From Mytilus californianus (Eukaryota), in NCBI RefSeq assembly GCF_021869535.1, contig NW_026262712.1, positions 11,780,001-11,844,000 of the forward strand: DNA of 64,000 nt, in the 5' to 3' direction. This document shows positions 38,104 to 52,634 of the stretch, piece after piece; within the stretch, counting starts at the first letter, position 1, and each line of letters opens with the position of its first letter. A program made the position numbers and the translations under genes. Under the pieces are notes generated by a model, which was given only the letters and a program-made list of their open reading frames with translations, made no database searches and was not told where the DNA came from.

Positions 38104-38740
38104 TCAAACGAATGAACAGTTCTTCGGACTTTTGCAAACTTGAAATACACTTAAAATTTTGAAGAATTTATTTAATTTTGCAATGGTTTTCATGTCATAT
38201 TTCCCGATTTGTTTCCAATAAACCGTTGATCCAATGGAACCATGGAATACAGGCATTTGTTGAACAGTGTCAAAGTTGCTCAATAACTCAGTAAAGTGTA
38301 TATATGTACCAGAGTGTTGATTTCTAAACTGTATCATTTGCGTTACTTGTGAAGATGACACCATTGTTGAGGATCTAGCCGTAATGAAAGTTGTTGATTT
38401 GGAGCAGGCAAGGCTTTTGCATCAACATCTCTACCATTCATTGTAGCATCAATCATTTTTCCCATTTGAAATTTTACCGTGTCGGAAGTTCTGTGATAGA
38501 TTGCCAAACTCGAGACACTTTTGTTGCCAGTGACAGACATGATTTGAGCATCAGCAAAGTAGCTGCTTTTTGTGAGAATAGTTGTACCGGTTTCTCGGAT
38601 TGAATGGTTAATGTAAACTTGTGATAAGCAACAAAGTTTATTAACTTATTCATAAATTGAGAGTCAAGTGTCACGACCAACGGGAGAATTGCAATACCAA
38701 ATTCAGAAACTTCATAAAAGGATTTATATTTCCACTTTAT
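38104..38740 (-). pseudogene. Unidentified decayed reading frame (~210-220 aa across two frameshifts)
   Basis: Three overlapping minus-strand ORFs join into one protein-like sequence with two single frameshifts; no family recognised. Confidence 0.4.
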
Positions 38741-41700
38741 CATAACAATAAATAAGTAAAAATAGCTCAAATTAATTTGATAACTTTTTTCACTTAAAGA
38801 TTGCGTGTTATAGATAAACTCATCATAGATACCAGGATTGAAATTTTATATTTGCGCCGGACGCGCGTTTCGATTACAAAAGACTTATCATTGACGCTCT
38901 AATAAAAAAATGTTAAAAGGCCAAATAATTTACGACGTTGAAGAACATTGAGGACCAAAATTTCCTAAGAAATAATTTTTTCAATTGTTATTTAGTACAT
39001 TTATAATTCTTCATGATTAATCAATTGTACTCTGCCATATGCTTTTATACGAGTCTCAGATAACATTCCGTGCAAACTGAAAGGATGTTTCATTGTTCCC
39101 TATTATTTAATAGGAAACAGTAAAGTTTTTTTAAGAAAATTCCCCATGATTACAAACATTTCTGGACCAGTCTTGTTTGTGTTTCATCTTCCATCAAAAT
39201 TTGCTTTTAATTTTATTTAAACATTTAAAGACCAATTGTGCGTGTGCATTGACGATAAAAATGCAGTATTTGTCACTGAACATATAACAAGAACATAGAA
39301 TGAATTACATTAATTTATGTAATGTGTATCTGCCGAAAATTGAATATAAACCGCACTTAATATTTAAAAGAATCCCTATTAAAATTTGATTCCTAAATAT
39401 GATCTCTTAGAAATTGAAATTATAACAATTTTAACATATTAATAATACTGAATGCGCCATTTTGACCATTTCAGTTTTTATACTATTTATTTCAACCACA
39501 ACAGTATTGTAGAACCTACATTACTTGTATCTAGTAACGATAAAAAGTATTAATATTGTATCATGTTCACTCACAGCGTAACACTTCTAATTTAACGGAA
39601 TATTTTTAAATGCAACAAACGCTGTTTTGTTTTTTGTTTTAGAAAAGTAAAATACATTTTTCATTTCAATGAGATGATATCTTAAACGGTTAAATTAAAA
39701 CAAATAGTGTCCGGCTGAGATCGTGTCTTTTCTCGAGTATATCGGTCCACTTGTAACGAGTGATAGACATGCGATCAGATCGACTTACTACTATTTCTTT
39801 CGCCAGTACAATAGATTTATTCGTGACTGTTCATTTTATTCTAAATGCTATACATGTTTTGAGCACAAACGACATATTTCCTTGTAGTTCACTTACAATT
39901 CAGTGTTTTATATTTTCCGTTTTTTTTTTTTGGAGCAACTTTTAAAACGTACGGGTTTTTCAACAAATGGTCTGGGTTTTTTTAAGAAAATGTAGATATG
40001 AAAGAAGACATTCTTTGGCTTAAAAATTTCTAGTTTGTTGCTGTAATTTAGCAAAGGACCATATTATATATTCTTATAAAGTAAAAAAAAACCATATTAC
40101 TATGTTGATCTAATTCAAACCTTTTCAATTTAATGATAACTTTCTGTTCTGAACACATTTAACCATAACCCTGCAGTGTTACAATACATAAGAAATCGAT
40201 GGATCCTTTTTAAACTGTCTTAAGAACCGAGTATACAGGGACTCATTATCATAATTTCATTTCATGCTACCTTCGAATTAACAGTCAATAATATTTTATG
40301 ATAGATATATACTACAGTGACAAAAAAGGAGCAAGAAAACTAAGGAAAAGGAGAACAAAAATCAGAAAAAAATGCAATATAAACCCAAATAGCCCCCGCC
40401 CTCAAGTAAAAATCTAAATGAAAAAAATTACATTACAATATCATTTGTATTGAATGGAATATCTAATAATAAAATGAAAATAACATTTTATAAATTGTAT
40501 GCCATATTACAAAAAGAACATAAACAACAAGGTGTCTTAACGTGCAGTGAGCGTGTCACTCTCTCAACTATCGTGCAAGACCCTCGGGGGTAGTCAATGT
40601 CGTTAAAAAAACCTCGTCGTCGGCGCACTCTCTCTATACGCTCCATTCTGAAGGGACGTAGCTGCGTACTTGAACATCGCGCACAGCCAAACAGACGTCC
40701 GACTTTGCCAAGGGTTTTACTGTTGGTCGTAGGAGGACCAAAGACACCACCTAACCCTTGGGGGTAAACGATGAAAGATTGGTTTGTTATTAATCATGTC
40801 AGTGCCAAAGTACTGACTACTGCGCTGATGATAAACTCGGGGAATTATACAATGTATTTAAAAAAAATCAACAAGATAAATAATATGTAAGCTTTAATAC
40901 GATCTTTTTAAACATAATAATAATATAATAAGAATACATGCGAGTTTCTCGCTGCATTGAAGACCCATTGGTGGCCTTCGGCTGTTGTCTGCTCTATGGT
41001 CGGGTTGTTGTCTCTTTGACACATTCCTCATTTCCATTCTCAAATTTATTTGTATATGATATGTGTTCGCCGCATAATTATACATTATCATTTTTTATAC
41101 TTGTAATTTCTGATGGAAAGGAACCTATAATGGTGATTTCTGACTGTGTGATCAAGCATAGCAGACGCTTGATCAAACTCCTCTTCACAGTAAGAGTATT
41201 TGAGCATTGTTCTTGATTTTCGTTTTTAGAACGATAAAATATATTACCATCAGGACAAATATAAAATGAAACATTTATGATCTATTTTCTGTTAAAAAAA
41301 AACCAAATTAACCCGCTTTACAAACTATGTGTACGTACGTCTCAATCCAACATGTCTGATAATAAGAAAAATTAGAAGATGTGTTATGATTGCAAATGAG
41401 AAAACACTCCACAAGAGACCAAATGCCAAAGAAATTAACAACTATAGGTCACCATTCGACTACTATCAATGAGCAAAGCCCATATCACATAGTCAGCTAT
41501 AAAAGGCCCCGAAACGACACATGTAAAACAAGAAAACTAAAGCTCATTTAAAGATTGTTTACATCACGAAATATTTACTGCATGAAATCCACTTTATTTG
41601 AACCTTTTCATTATTTTTTTTAAACAAAATGCACTGACATACTAAATTTTATGCCATGGGAATTTTTCTTTTTCACTCGATAAAGCAAGGACGTACTCGA

Positions 41701-44172
41701 AAAAACACGGACTGCTCTCGAAAAAATACGGACATATAAAAATGAATTTACTCTCCAAAATGTCCTGATCAATGTTAAATCAAGAATGTTTGTAAAGTGT
41801 CTGTATATCTAAGTATATATAGATTCCATGTACGCATTTCCGTTAACATTTGCATTTGTACGTGTATAAAAATGGCTTTAATCTATATTTTGGAATAAAT
41901 CATTGTGAGGCCAAATTAAACGGGTTTAAAATAAAATTATATAGGGTTGATAATATGTTTTTATAAAAAAATTCCATTTTACCTTTTATGATCTTGTGTG
42001 TAATGTTTTAGCATCTTTTTTCACGTCTTACCAGATGTTTATATTTTGATAATAGTCTTTCGAAAAAAAATTATCACACTCGAAAAAAAACCGATTAAAT
42101 TACTCGAAAAACCATGATCACAGTCGGACACTATACCTACCGTGTATTTGTTCTCTAAGTTTAATTATTGAATTATGTTAACATGCTCAGTATTACAAAG
42201 GATATCAATTGAGTAAATGCAGTTAATTTTTTGTAGATGCACAGATAGGAGTGGATGATATCCGTTTGTATCCTTTAGGATACCCTCTATGACAGAAATG
42301 TAATAGAAAAACAGACTTCAGATATTCTTGTAGAATTTTCGTGAATACGATACTATATTCTATATGATGGAATTACGACTCAAATAAGCTGTTTGTTGAT
42401 AATGGGATATTTGGTGTTCATTGTATAACAACATTGTCATTTCTCCATCCGGACGATCCCGCCTTAATAAAATACAATATTAGCCGTTTTAGTCAGTTTC
42501 TTCTTCACCCAATATCGTGTTACGTTCTTTAGAAATATTTCCATGGAGGATCACTTTTTAAGAAAGTGACCATGGAAATTTCAAAAGGCAAAACTTTCAG
42601 ATGAGTAAAGCAATACAATAAAAATAACTCTCAATGTATGTTTCAATGTGTCTTACCTTATTTGAATACTTCATGTGGTTTAATCGTTTTTAAAGTTATC
42701 CCTCGCCTGCTCGTTCGAATTTTAAGTATTTGCTTACTAAATTCCTTCGTTAAGTTAAGATAAAAATCTAATATAGGTTTTGTTGCTCGCAGCTACTTGT
42801 TCTTGAAATTTGCATCATTATATGTAAATGAACTTAAACTCTATATGATTTATATCAATAAATATGACAATAAACGGTAAATTGTACGTTGAAGCTACTG
42901 TGAGCACCTTCGATTAACTGACGGCTCAACAATTTCTTTATATAATATAACGGAACCCCACCCTTTAAATAGCCAAAGGATTTCACGTGCATATATAAGC
43001 AATATATCTAAATCCAAAATAACAATAAACAAAGGCAACATTAGTATACCGCTGTTCAATAGTCATAAATCTATTAAGCGAAAACAAATCCGGGTCACAA
43101 ACCAAAACCGAGGGAGACACATCAACTATAAGAGGAAAACAACGGAACAAGAGAAACACTGAACTGTTTCAAAAACAAACGCCAACATACATAGAAATAG
43201 AACTGCCATATTCTTGACTTGGTACAGGACATTTGAAGACAAAATGGTGGGTTGAACCTGGTTTTCTGGCTAGCCAAACCTCCCACTAATATGACAATGT
43301 TAAAGATACCGCTAAAATGACAAAAGTGCGTGACAGGAATACAGTACAAATAAACGCAAGAACACTCAGGACAGAGAAATACATAAATAAATTAAAAACC
43401 AATTGTTCTCTGTCTTTTCACATCAATTTTCTAAGTTATTGATAAGATGCTTCTTCCGGTTTACTCAAAGTTACTATTGGCGTCCATTGATAGGTTTCTG
43501 CATACTTATTAAAAAAAACATATGTTTTCTATATACTTTTGTGTAAAATAAGGTTGATAATTTGCTACATCCGGTTTAGAAAATTTCACCGCCGGTCTTA
43601 TATGATAGCTTTATTCACACAAATTCCAAAAATATATGGTTTTATCTAATTTTGTCAGACAAAAAGAGATAAGAGTCAATGCAAATCACCTTTATATTGC
43701 CGATATTCGTCCGTAAGTGAAACCACTGGGGCATGGATTTTTTTTCTGTTTTCTTAGTGTTTAAATTACAATTTTAGAAACAAAATTTCTTCTTATTTCT
43801 ACTTATTTTCATCAAATTTATGTGTTCTTGCTCCTATTTATACGATCTTACTGTCATTGTAAAATCGTATGAAAAGGAGCAAGAACACATGAACAGATTT
43901 ACTAAAAATAATAAGAAATTTTTAAGAAATTACAATTTAATAAAAAAGAAAAAAAATTTAAACAACAAAATAAATTTTAAAAAGAAAAGATGGAGGGTTC
44001 AATGACCAAAGTACCTGTGAGTTAAGCAATTTATTTATTGTTTAACAGTTCATTTACTCTATCAAATTAATCATGTAAAAATGACTACCATATGATTGAA
44101 TAAGTCAAAATTTCATTTTTTTTAAATTCTTAATTTATGTGACACCTTTTCAACGTTCATCGTGTCAATTAA

Positions 44173-44260
44173 CCGGACTATACGCGTATGGTCGGACCAT
44201 GTGAGTATATACGCAGATGGTCATGACCATACGCGTACGGTCCAAATACTCACATGGTCC
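44173..44260. repeat. Palindrome-rich short element
   Basis: Perfect 15-bp inverted repeat GGACCATGTGAGTAT (44194) / ATACTCACATGGTCC (44246) plus repeated ATACGCGTA palindromes. Confidence 0.7.
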
Positions 44261-44429
44261 GGAACATATAATGGTTTCTATATAGTTTTGCTTATAATAA
44301 GGGAGATAATTAGGTGCTTTCGGTTTATTGAAGGTCACATCAGGTCTCAAATGATAGGTTTCTATATGCCAATTTAAAACATATATGGTTTCTATGTACT
44401 TTTCCATGAAAAAAGTACAAAAATGGTTT

Positions 44430-47400
44430 TTTCCGGTTTCCTAAGGTTGACATTTTAAAGTTCATATGTCACCCAACATTTTGCAAAAGACCCTAAGTTG
44501 AAGTAATAATCAATTAACCTTATATTAAAATATTTCAGGGGCAATAACTCTTATAAGATGTCATTAGATTGTTTCAGACCAAATGTTTCATATCTTCATC
44601 ACATTGAAGAAAACATTTTGCACTAGTTCTTTTATATATATTTTTTTAAAAGTGTAAGAGAAAATGCAAAAGCAAGCAAAAGTAAAAATTGAGAACACGA
44701 CCTTGACCATTGACCTTTGCCCTTATTTTGTAAGTTAAGACTCAAAGACCTCAAATAAAAATATTTCAGGTTTATACGGCTTACGGTTTATGAGTTACAA
44801 AAACATACCGACAAATTTATTTGGTAAAGGTGGATAACTCCTATAAATTTCACTGCATCGCTTCGATCCAAATTAGCCAAAAATTCCTGAGGATGTAAAG
44901 AACAATTAAGAAAAAGAATTTTGTCGATATCTTTTTTTTACGAAGGAGATGCACACAAAAGATAAACAGTGAATGGGGAGGTAAATTGTTCGTCTCAGCA
45001 GGTTGAAATTTGAAAGCGCATAAACTGTATAATACATTATAAGAAATATCGAAGCAACATATTGCGAAACAAAAATTTAACGCAAGAACAAAATTTGGCG
45101 GAAGAAAAAAAAATTAAAATTAAAAGCCAATTGTTCAGAGAACAATTGACAGTCTTTCCATCCTAAATAGACATATCTATACAGGAAAATATTAAATTTT
45201 GGTTAAAAATGTCAATTCTGGTGTAAGATAACAGCTTAATTTCTGCTGATTACAAAAATATATGGTTTTATTATAGTTTTGAGAAAAATAAGAAGGCACT
45301 TCCGGTTTACAAAATGATACTTCCGATTAGATTTGAACCTTATTTCACATTGATTCCAAAAAATATAAAGTTCTAGCAAATTGTACATGAAGTAAGGCAA
45401 ACATGGCTACTTCCGGTTTACAATTATTTTTGTCGATATCATTTACGGTTACAGAGAAATAAAGATAACAAGAAAAAGGGGTCGCAGTGATAACTCTTAT
45501 AAGATAAAGTGTTTGGTCACGCAGGTTGAATGGTAAAATCGAAATCACTGTACAATATCATAGGCTAAACATCCTTCGATATGTCAAGTAACAAAAAAAA
45601 AAACATCTCAGACGGCAGAAAAAAAAATATTCAGAAAAAAAGTAAAAGGTCTTAAAGACTTAATTCAGAGAACAATTGAAGGTCTTTCCACCTCAACTTC
45701 GATAGTAAAGAATGAAATTTAAAAAACGGTGTTAGAAGATGTCACTTCTGGCTCACATAATTTATTATTTCAAACAGGTTCTAAAAATGTAAGATTTCTA
45801 GGTACTTTTTCATTAAATTAGTATAAATAGGCTACTTCCGGTTAAAATAATGTCATTTCCTGTTGACCTTTTAAAATGTCATATGTCTACCAACCAAATG
45901 CAAAGACATAACGGTTTTATAATGAACCAGTATGAATTTTTAGCAAAGGTCAAAAACTAGAACGTCAAATTGACCTCTGACTTTGACCTCAATTTCAAGG
46001 TTATAGGTCAGTGATCTCAAATCGAAAGATACCGGATCATTCACTTGTATGGTTGAGGAGTAATAATGATTTCAAATACATAAGGGGAGAAAACTCCTAG
46101 AAAGGATGACCGAAACACTTCGACTTAACGGATTGAAGTTGCGCCATGTCGTGAACAATTATTTGGCAGAAACATTTTATCATTAACTGTTACGGTCTCT
46201 GGAATAAAGATAACAAGCAAAGTTCAAAATTAAGAACATGACCTAGACCTATTACCTTGACCTCAATTTTCTCAAAATGAACCAAGGACTTTATGTTAAA
46301 AGACTTTAGGTCTCCATGACCTATGGTATATGAACTTATTCAACAAATCACATTTTCTGAATTTGAAAAGGGAGATAACTCCCATAAGATGTCATTGTAT
46401 CAATTCGGTTAAACTTAACCTAAACATCCTTCAGAGTGGACGAACAATTTGAAAAAAATATTTTTTGTCAATATCATTTACGGTTACAGAGAAGTAAAAA
46501 CAACAAGAAAACGGGGTCGCAGGAGATAACTCTTATAAATAAAAGTTTTTGGTCACGCAGGGTGAATGGTTCAATCGAAATCACTGTACAATATCATGGG
46601 CAAAACATCCTTTCGATATGTCAAGACACAAAAAAAATCTCAGACGGCAGAGAACAATTGAAGGTCTTTCCACCTCAACTTTCATTATTAAAGGATTACA
46701 TTAACAAATGGAAGAAGATGTCACTTCGTGTTCATATGATTGGTGACTTCAAACTGATTCTAAAAATATAAGGTTTCTAGGTACTTTTTCATAAAATTAG
46801 TGTGAAAATGACTACTTCCGGTTAAAATAATGTCACTTCCGGTTGACTTTTTTGAAGGTCATCTGTCTACCAACCTCATGCAAAAGACTTGATGGTTTTA
46901 TAATGAATCAGTATAAATTTTTAGCAAAGGTAAAATCTAGAACATCAAATTGACCTTTGATCTTGACCTCAATTTCAAGGTCATAGGTCAATAATCTTAA
47001 ATCAAAAGATCCCCGGTCATTCACTTGTATGGTAATACTGATTTTGAATACATAAGGGGAGAAAAATACTATAAAGGTTGACCGAAACACTTCGACTTAA
47101 ATGAACTGAAGTTGCGCCATGGCGTAAACAATTATCTGGCAAACGCATCATATAGTTAACTGTTACGGTTTCTTTGGAATAAAAATAGCAAGCAAAGTTC
47201 AAAATTTAGAACATGACCTCAATTTCCTCCAAATGGAGGACTTCATATCAAAAGACTTTAGGCCTCTTTGACTTATGGTGTATGAATTTATTCAACATAT
47301 CACCAATGTTAATTTTTTAAAGGGAAATAACTCCCATAAGATGTCATTGAATCACTTCGGTTAAACTTAACAAAAACATTCTTAAGATGAGACGAGCAAT

Positions 47401-47770
47401 TTGGAAAAAAAGTTTGTTGATATCTGTTACGGTTTCAGAGAAATAAAGATAACAAGAAAAAGGGGACGCGGGGAGATAACTCCTATAAAAAAAGTGTCCG
47501 GTGACACAGGGTGAATTGGGAAATCCCTATCACTATATGACATCATTGGCCAAAAATCCTTTCAATATGTCGTGAAACAAAAAAACATCTCAGATGGCAG
47601 AAGAAAAAAGAAAAGAAAAAAAAAAGCAAAAGGTCTTTCCACGAACAGTGGAAATACCTAAAAAAAATAATCAGAACAAAAACAAAAGGTCTTTCAACGA
47701 AAAGTGGAAAGACCTAATAAGAAAAAATACAATAGGTCTTTCCACAGAAAAGTGGAAAGACCTTATAATA
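44430..47770. mobile_element. Array of about three diverged ~1-kb units ending in three hairpins; Helentron-associated (HINE/DINE-like) repeat
   Basis: Aligned anchors at ~45441, ~46477, ~47424; recurring gaccttgacc, ataactcc and cacttccggtt motifs; three AGGTCTTTCCAC…GTGGAAAGACCT-type stems at 47630-47765. Confidence 0.55.
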
Positions 47771-50700
47771 TAATAGTGCATTACAACATGTAAACCACAG
47801 AATAACAACGGACACATCCCGTGAATCTACGACAGTACACCACAATAGAATTATGAACTGTAAGTTACACGAATGTATCAATGCCACAAAAAGTGACGTA
47901 TTTTCAATAACCCGTTTTACAACTTCTCTTACCAGTTTAAATATATATAATTATATTCACGGCAGGGGAAATTCCTATAGTCAACCTATTGTCAAACGAA
48001 AAGAAATATATAAAATCTGTTTAAATTCTTTATCATGTTTATAAAATGAACTACGTATACGTTCATAAAAAATCAGATAAAATGGACAACTTCCTTCTTA
48101 TGTTTCATATGTTAATTTGTTCTTTAAGTATTTACACCACAGATGCAATCGTGTGAATACAACGTTGTACACAATGTATTTGGTACACAATTGTTTTTTA
48201 ATGCTAGACTGTGTGGTTGATAGGACTTATTGTATCAATTATGTTCTGATACAAAACATGCATTTAAATTGAACTGAGGTGTTTCAATAGGACAATCAAA
48301 TTGTTTGATATACATAGGAAACGTGTTTTGTTTTAAAAAAAACTTAATTACTTTAAAAACTTCTAGAATAAATATGGCGTTTATAGACCTTTATTATATT
48401 TCACTGAATGTATAAATTATTGAAGTTAACCCCTTACTTATCCTCAAAATAAGGTCTTCAAACAAACAAAAACAAGTCTCTGTGAAGAAAGACTTTTATA
48501 TTCCCTGGAATATAGCAAGAAAAAAGAAAATACACAACAGGAAATGAGCTGTCAAAAAGCACCAAATCGGGTTTTCTGTATTTTTGAAGTACTCATTGTT
48601 GAACCTAAAACGTAGCTAGCACAAATTAAATTGGTGAATCAAAATATTTTCGCTTTCATGCTTGTTTGACCTGTCCCGTTCTGTTTTATTTTTTAATGTA
48701 TCTACGGTAAAAGTGACAATAGTCAATATCAAACACGACCTTCATTATTGTCACCGGTAGTGAAATTTGAGAAGTGTTGGTTGAATGTTTCATTAGTTTT
48801 TCTCAAGGACCATAACTCCTGAAAAGCAAAAGCAATAGTCGTCATTATTGAAGAAGACCTCCATTTTGTCATCAGAAACAACAGATCAAAACTAAAAATA
48901 AACGTTGGTTGAACGGTTCTCAGTTATTGGACGGAAATATCATAAAGTGCAATTATTCAATCTATCAAGGACAATAACTGTTGAACGATACAAGAGAAAA
49001 TCGTTAATATCAAACTTTATCTTAATTTTGTTATCAGTTATAACACATTTACCTTTGAAAAGCATTTGCTTATAAGATATTGCATAGAAACTATTGGCAG
49101 TAATTTTCGCAATTTCAGAACCTTATGTGTAATGCATATATTGAGTTTGTGAATGTTGTCGCGGTCTTATTCCATCAGATATCAGAATAGACGTCTGAAC
49201 TGTAAAACAAGTGTTTAATATTTCCTTTTGTGATATTTCTCACTGTGAATACATTGCGGGTAGTGCATGCGAAACAGGTTTCGTTCGTTTAGATTTCAAC
49301 CATTATAAAAAGGAGGTTCTTCCTTTGATTGAGTATCCCACATCTTAATGATTGTTTTTAGTCTGAGAACAACCACAATCAAATGTAAAAATATGTTTGA
49401 ACTTATAAGCTAATTCAACCAATGAAAGTTCTAAATGTTTTAGTACAAATTATTGAAAAATCGTTCAATATCAAGGGACTCGATAAATACAAATGATACG
49501 TGATGAATTCTTTGCTTACTTATGACACCCTGTGATGAGTATTCGGTAAATAGGAAGTAATTAATAAGAATATACGTTCAAATGCATCATATGGTAAAAC
49601 ACGCTCACATAGTATTTTTGTGGGAGTCTTTTTGTTTTATGCATTACCAATTAATAACACTTCTGCCTATGATCGAGGTTATTAACCGTCTATTTGATCT
49701 TTGTTAGAGGTTGTTGCATAAAAATGTCTTTTATTTGTATCCTCCAAATCGGTTGATCTATTTTCGTAAACATACACAACAATGATAAATTCGCATTTTC
49801 CAGAATTTTTCCGATTTGCTATCTACGTGACAAATGCGTTGCTATTTGACCAGTACATAGTACAGCTCTTTCCATTTTGATAAAAAGATTATCAAACTGA
49901 TAATGTTTAGTTGTGATTGTTAAAAAACAAAGGGGTCGACCTACTTCGAAATTGGCCAAATTATTTTCTGCTTAAATTTTTTATTTCAGATTAATAGAAC
50001 TTTTTTCTTACTAATATTTGATTCTTGCATGCTTTACCCCAGTATCTATTATTGTATGCTTATTCAGGACTAGAAATCATTAACAATTGATACAAAAAGT
50101 ATGTAATGTAAGCTAAACCGACTGATATGAAAGGTTGTAATTTTGAACTTAAACTGGAAGTAAGGTTCTAGTAGATAGGGGATAAAAATAAAATTAACGG
50201 TACCAATTCTATTGCACCGGATGCGAATTTCGACAATCAACTCAGTCTTCTAGCAGAAGTTTTAAATTTAGCCTTGGAAAAAACATTTACGAACCCCTCA
50301 AACGTTTATTGCCGTGGTTTTGTTACGTGCAAAATGTGCCGCTCTCTCTCTTTCTATTTATAAGGCAGGGAAATTAACATCCCCTTTCTGACCGGATGTA
50401 AATGTGTGTTTATACATCCCGAACAGCCAAACGAACCCCACTGGAACAAGGGTTTTGCTGTCGATAGAAGTCTTTTCATTACTGAGTTTACTGACTATTG
50501 TTTAAAGATTGTATATCGTTATTGTATTTGTATTAAATCATTTCCTTTGTACTTCTTTGAAAATGCTTTTATTCCCTCGAAACGAAGTCATACTTATTTA
50601 AACTTTGAAACAGTTGATTGTTTTGCATAAATATATTTCATAGTTTTAGCAATGTTTCATTATTTATATTTTTTACTGCTTGACTGCATTACAATTTAAT

Positions 50701-51619
50701 ATTACGTTTACCTTTGATAGTGTCAGTATCAACATTATTCCTGCTTGGCTTGTCAACTATAAGGCCATATTGGTTTCTTTCATATTACTATTTTTAGTGT
50801 GAAAAGATTTTGAAGTTGTCATGCTAACGCTGTCAGAAAATATAGTCAGTTTCAAAAGAATTGGTTAGTTAACTGTTAAATTACACCACCTATGAAGCTC
50901 CCGACCGTGCGAGGATTTACAGCCAGTCAAGGTCGTTAAAAACCCCCTAGTAGTAACTTTGAAGCAAATGAAAAATGAAGATAAATGTAACAAATATTTT
51001 ATTCTTTTATTAATCTGTCACTGCTTAAAACATGAGTATTATAAGAAGTCAACATATTGACTGAAATGTAAAATATGTTTTGAGATTATACGGATCCTCG
51101 CAACTTGCTGAAACTTTTACCCTGTTCCAGTATTTGAGAGAAAACCTTTTTTTCTGAACCTTTCTAGCAACATTTTAATTATTTTTATCACATATACGTA
51201 GGTCTAGATTTAATTTTTCGCCAAGAAATTTAAAATCTGCATACCTATAAATTCATGTTGCTGCATCCTTTGTCTGATATTCATTTACGCATTATTTAAA
51301 AAAAAATATTGGAATATGTATTTGAATATGCAATTCGAAATCAGAAGTTATCAAAGAATCCAGGCTTATACCAAATAAGACTTATCAGTTTGACAGTTGG
51401 AAGGCCAAAACGAAATACGAAGCTGAAGTGCCTTAAAAACCTATATATACCTTGGGGTACAAAAACCTTATTGTTTCGAATGATTCAGAGAGTAAACAAC
51501 TGATTTTGACCATTGAACATGCGAAGAGCTTTGTGGCAAAAAAGGTTTCTTAAAACAATAGAAATATCAATCTAAGGTCAAGTTTCCCTGAAGGTGTTGG
51601 AATATTAAATCGTACTTTG

Positions 51620-52634
51620 TAAAAACTCACTCTGATTCAAACAGAAAATTCTCTAAAACTGACATTATCTAGATGCTTGATTTTTTGATTGACAACATAT
51701 TTGTTACGTTTGGAGGACGTGTTTTTCAACAAACAATCGGTATTCCCATTGAACTAACTTTGCTCCTCTTCTTGCGAACTTGTTCCTTTATTCATATGAG
51801 GCTGACTTCATACAGGAACTTCTTAGGAAGAAAAAAAAAGAAGTTAGCAGTAGCCTTTAATCTCACTTTCCGCTATTTAGATGATGTTCTCTCACTAAAT
51901 AATTCAAAACTTGGTGACTATGTTGAAGCATCTATCCCATCGAACTTTAGATAAAGGATACAAGTACAGTTAATTCTGCCTGATATCTTGACTTACATCT
52001 AGAAATTGACAATGAGGGTCGGTTGAAAACAAAACAAAAGAGATGATTTCAGCTTCCCAGTGGTGAATTTCCATTTCTATATAGCAAGATTCAAGCAGCG
52101 CCTGCATACGGAGTATATATCTCCCAGTTGATACGATATTCCAGGGCTTGTCTTTCCTATCCTGATTTCTTTGATAGACGGTTGCTGCTCACAAGGAAAC
52201 TATTAACCAATAGTTCCAAGTTGTGAAGTTGAAATCATCCTTTCGTAAATTTTACAGACGCCATCACGAGTTGGTTGACCGCAATGGAATATCTGTTTCA
52301 CAGATGACGACGAATATGTTCCAATTGTCGTAACTAAAATCTCGCCCGTTTCCCCCGAATTCGACCTACCAAATAAGACATATCACCGGGTTTGTACTAC
52401 AATGAGCAACACGACGGGTGCCACATGTGGAACAATATATGCATACCATTCCGTAGCACCTGAGATCACCGCCAGTTTTTGGTGGGGTTCGTGTTGCTCA
52501 GTCTTTGGTATTTTATGTTGTTTTGTGTACTGTTGTTTGTCAGTTTGTCTTTTTCTTTTTTAGCCATGGCGTTGTCAGTATATTTTCGACTTATGAGTTT
52601 GAATGTCCTTTTGGTACCCTTTACCTCTCTTTTT
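51620..52634 (+). mobile_element. 5'-truncated Naiad-type PLE (RT C-terminal half plus 3' UTR)
   Basis: MLDFLIDNIFVTFGGRVFQQTIGIP and RYLDDVLSLNN; aligns with ~19990-21018; frameshifted. Confidence 0.85.

Noticed and set aside
40535-40735. GC-richer segment as an ncRNA gene (similar segment ~50315-50470)
   Set aside because: The two diverged copies look like decayed SINE-type repeats; no tRNA cloverleaf or known ncRNA motif was recognised.
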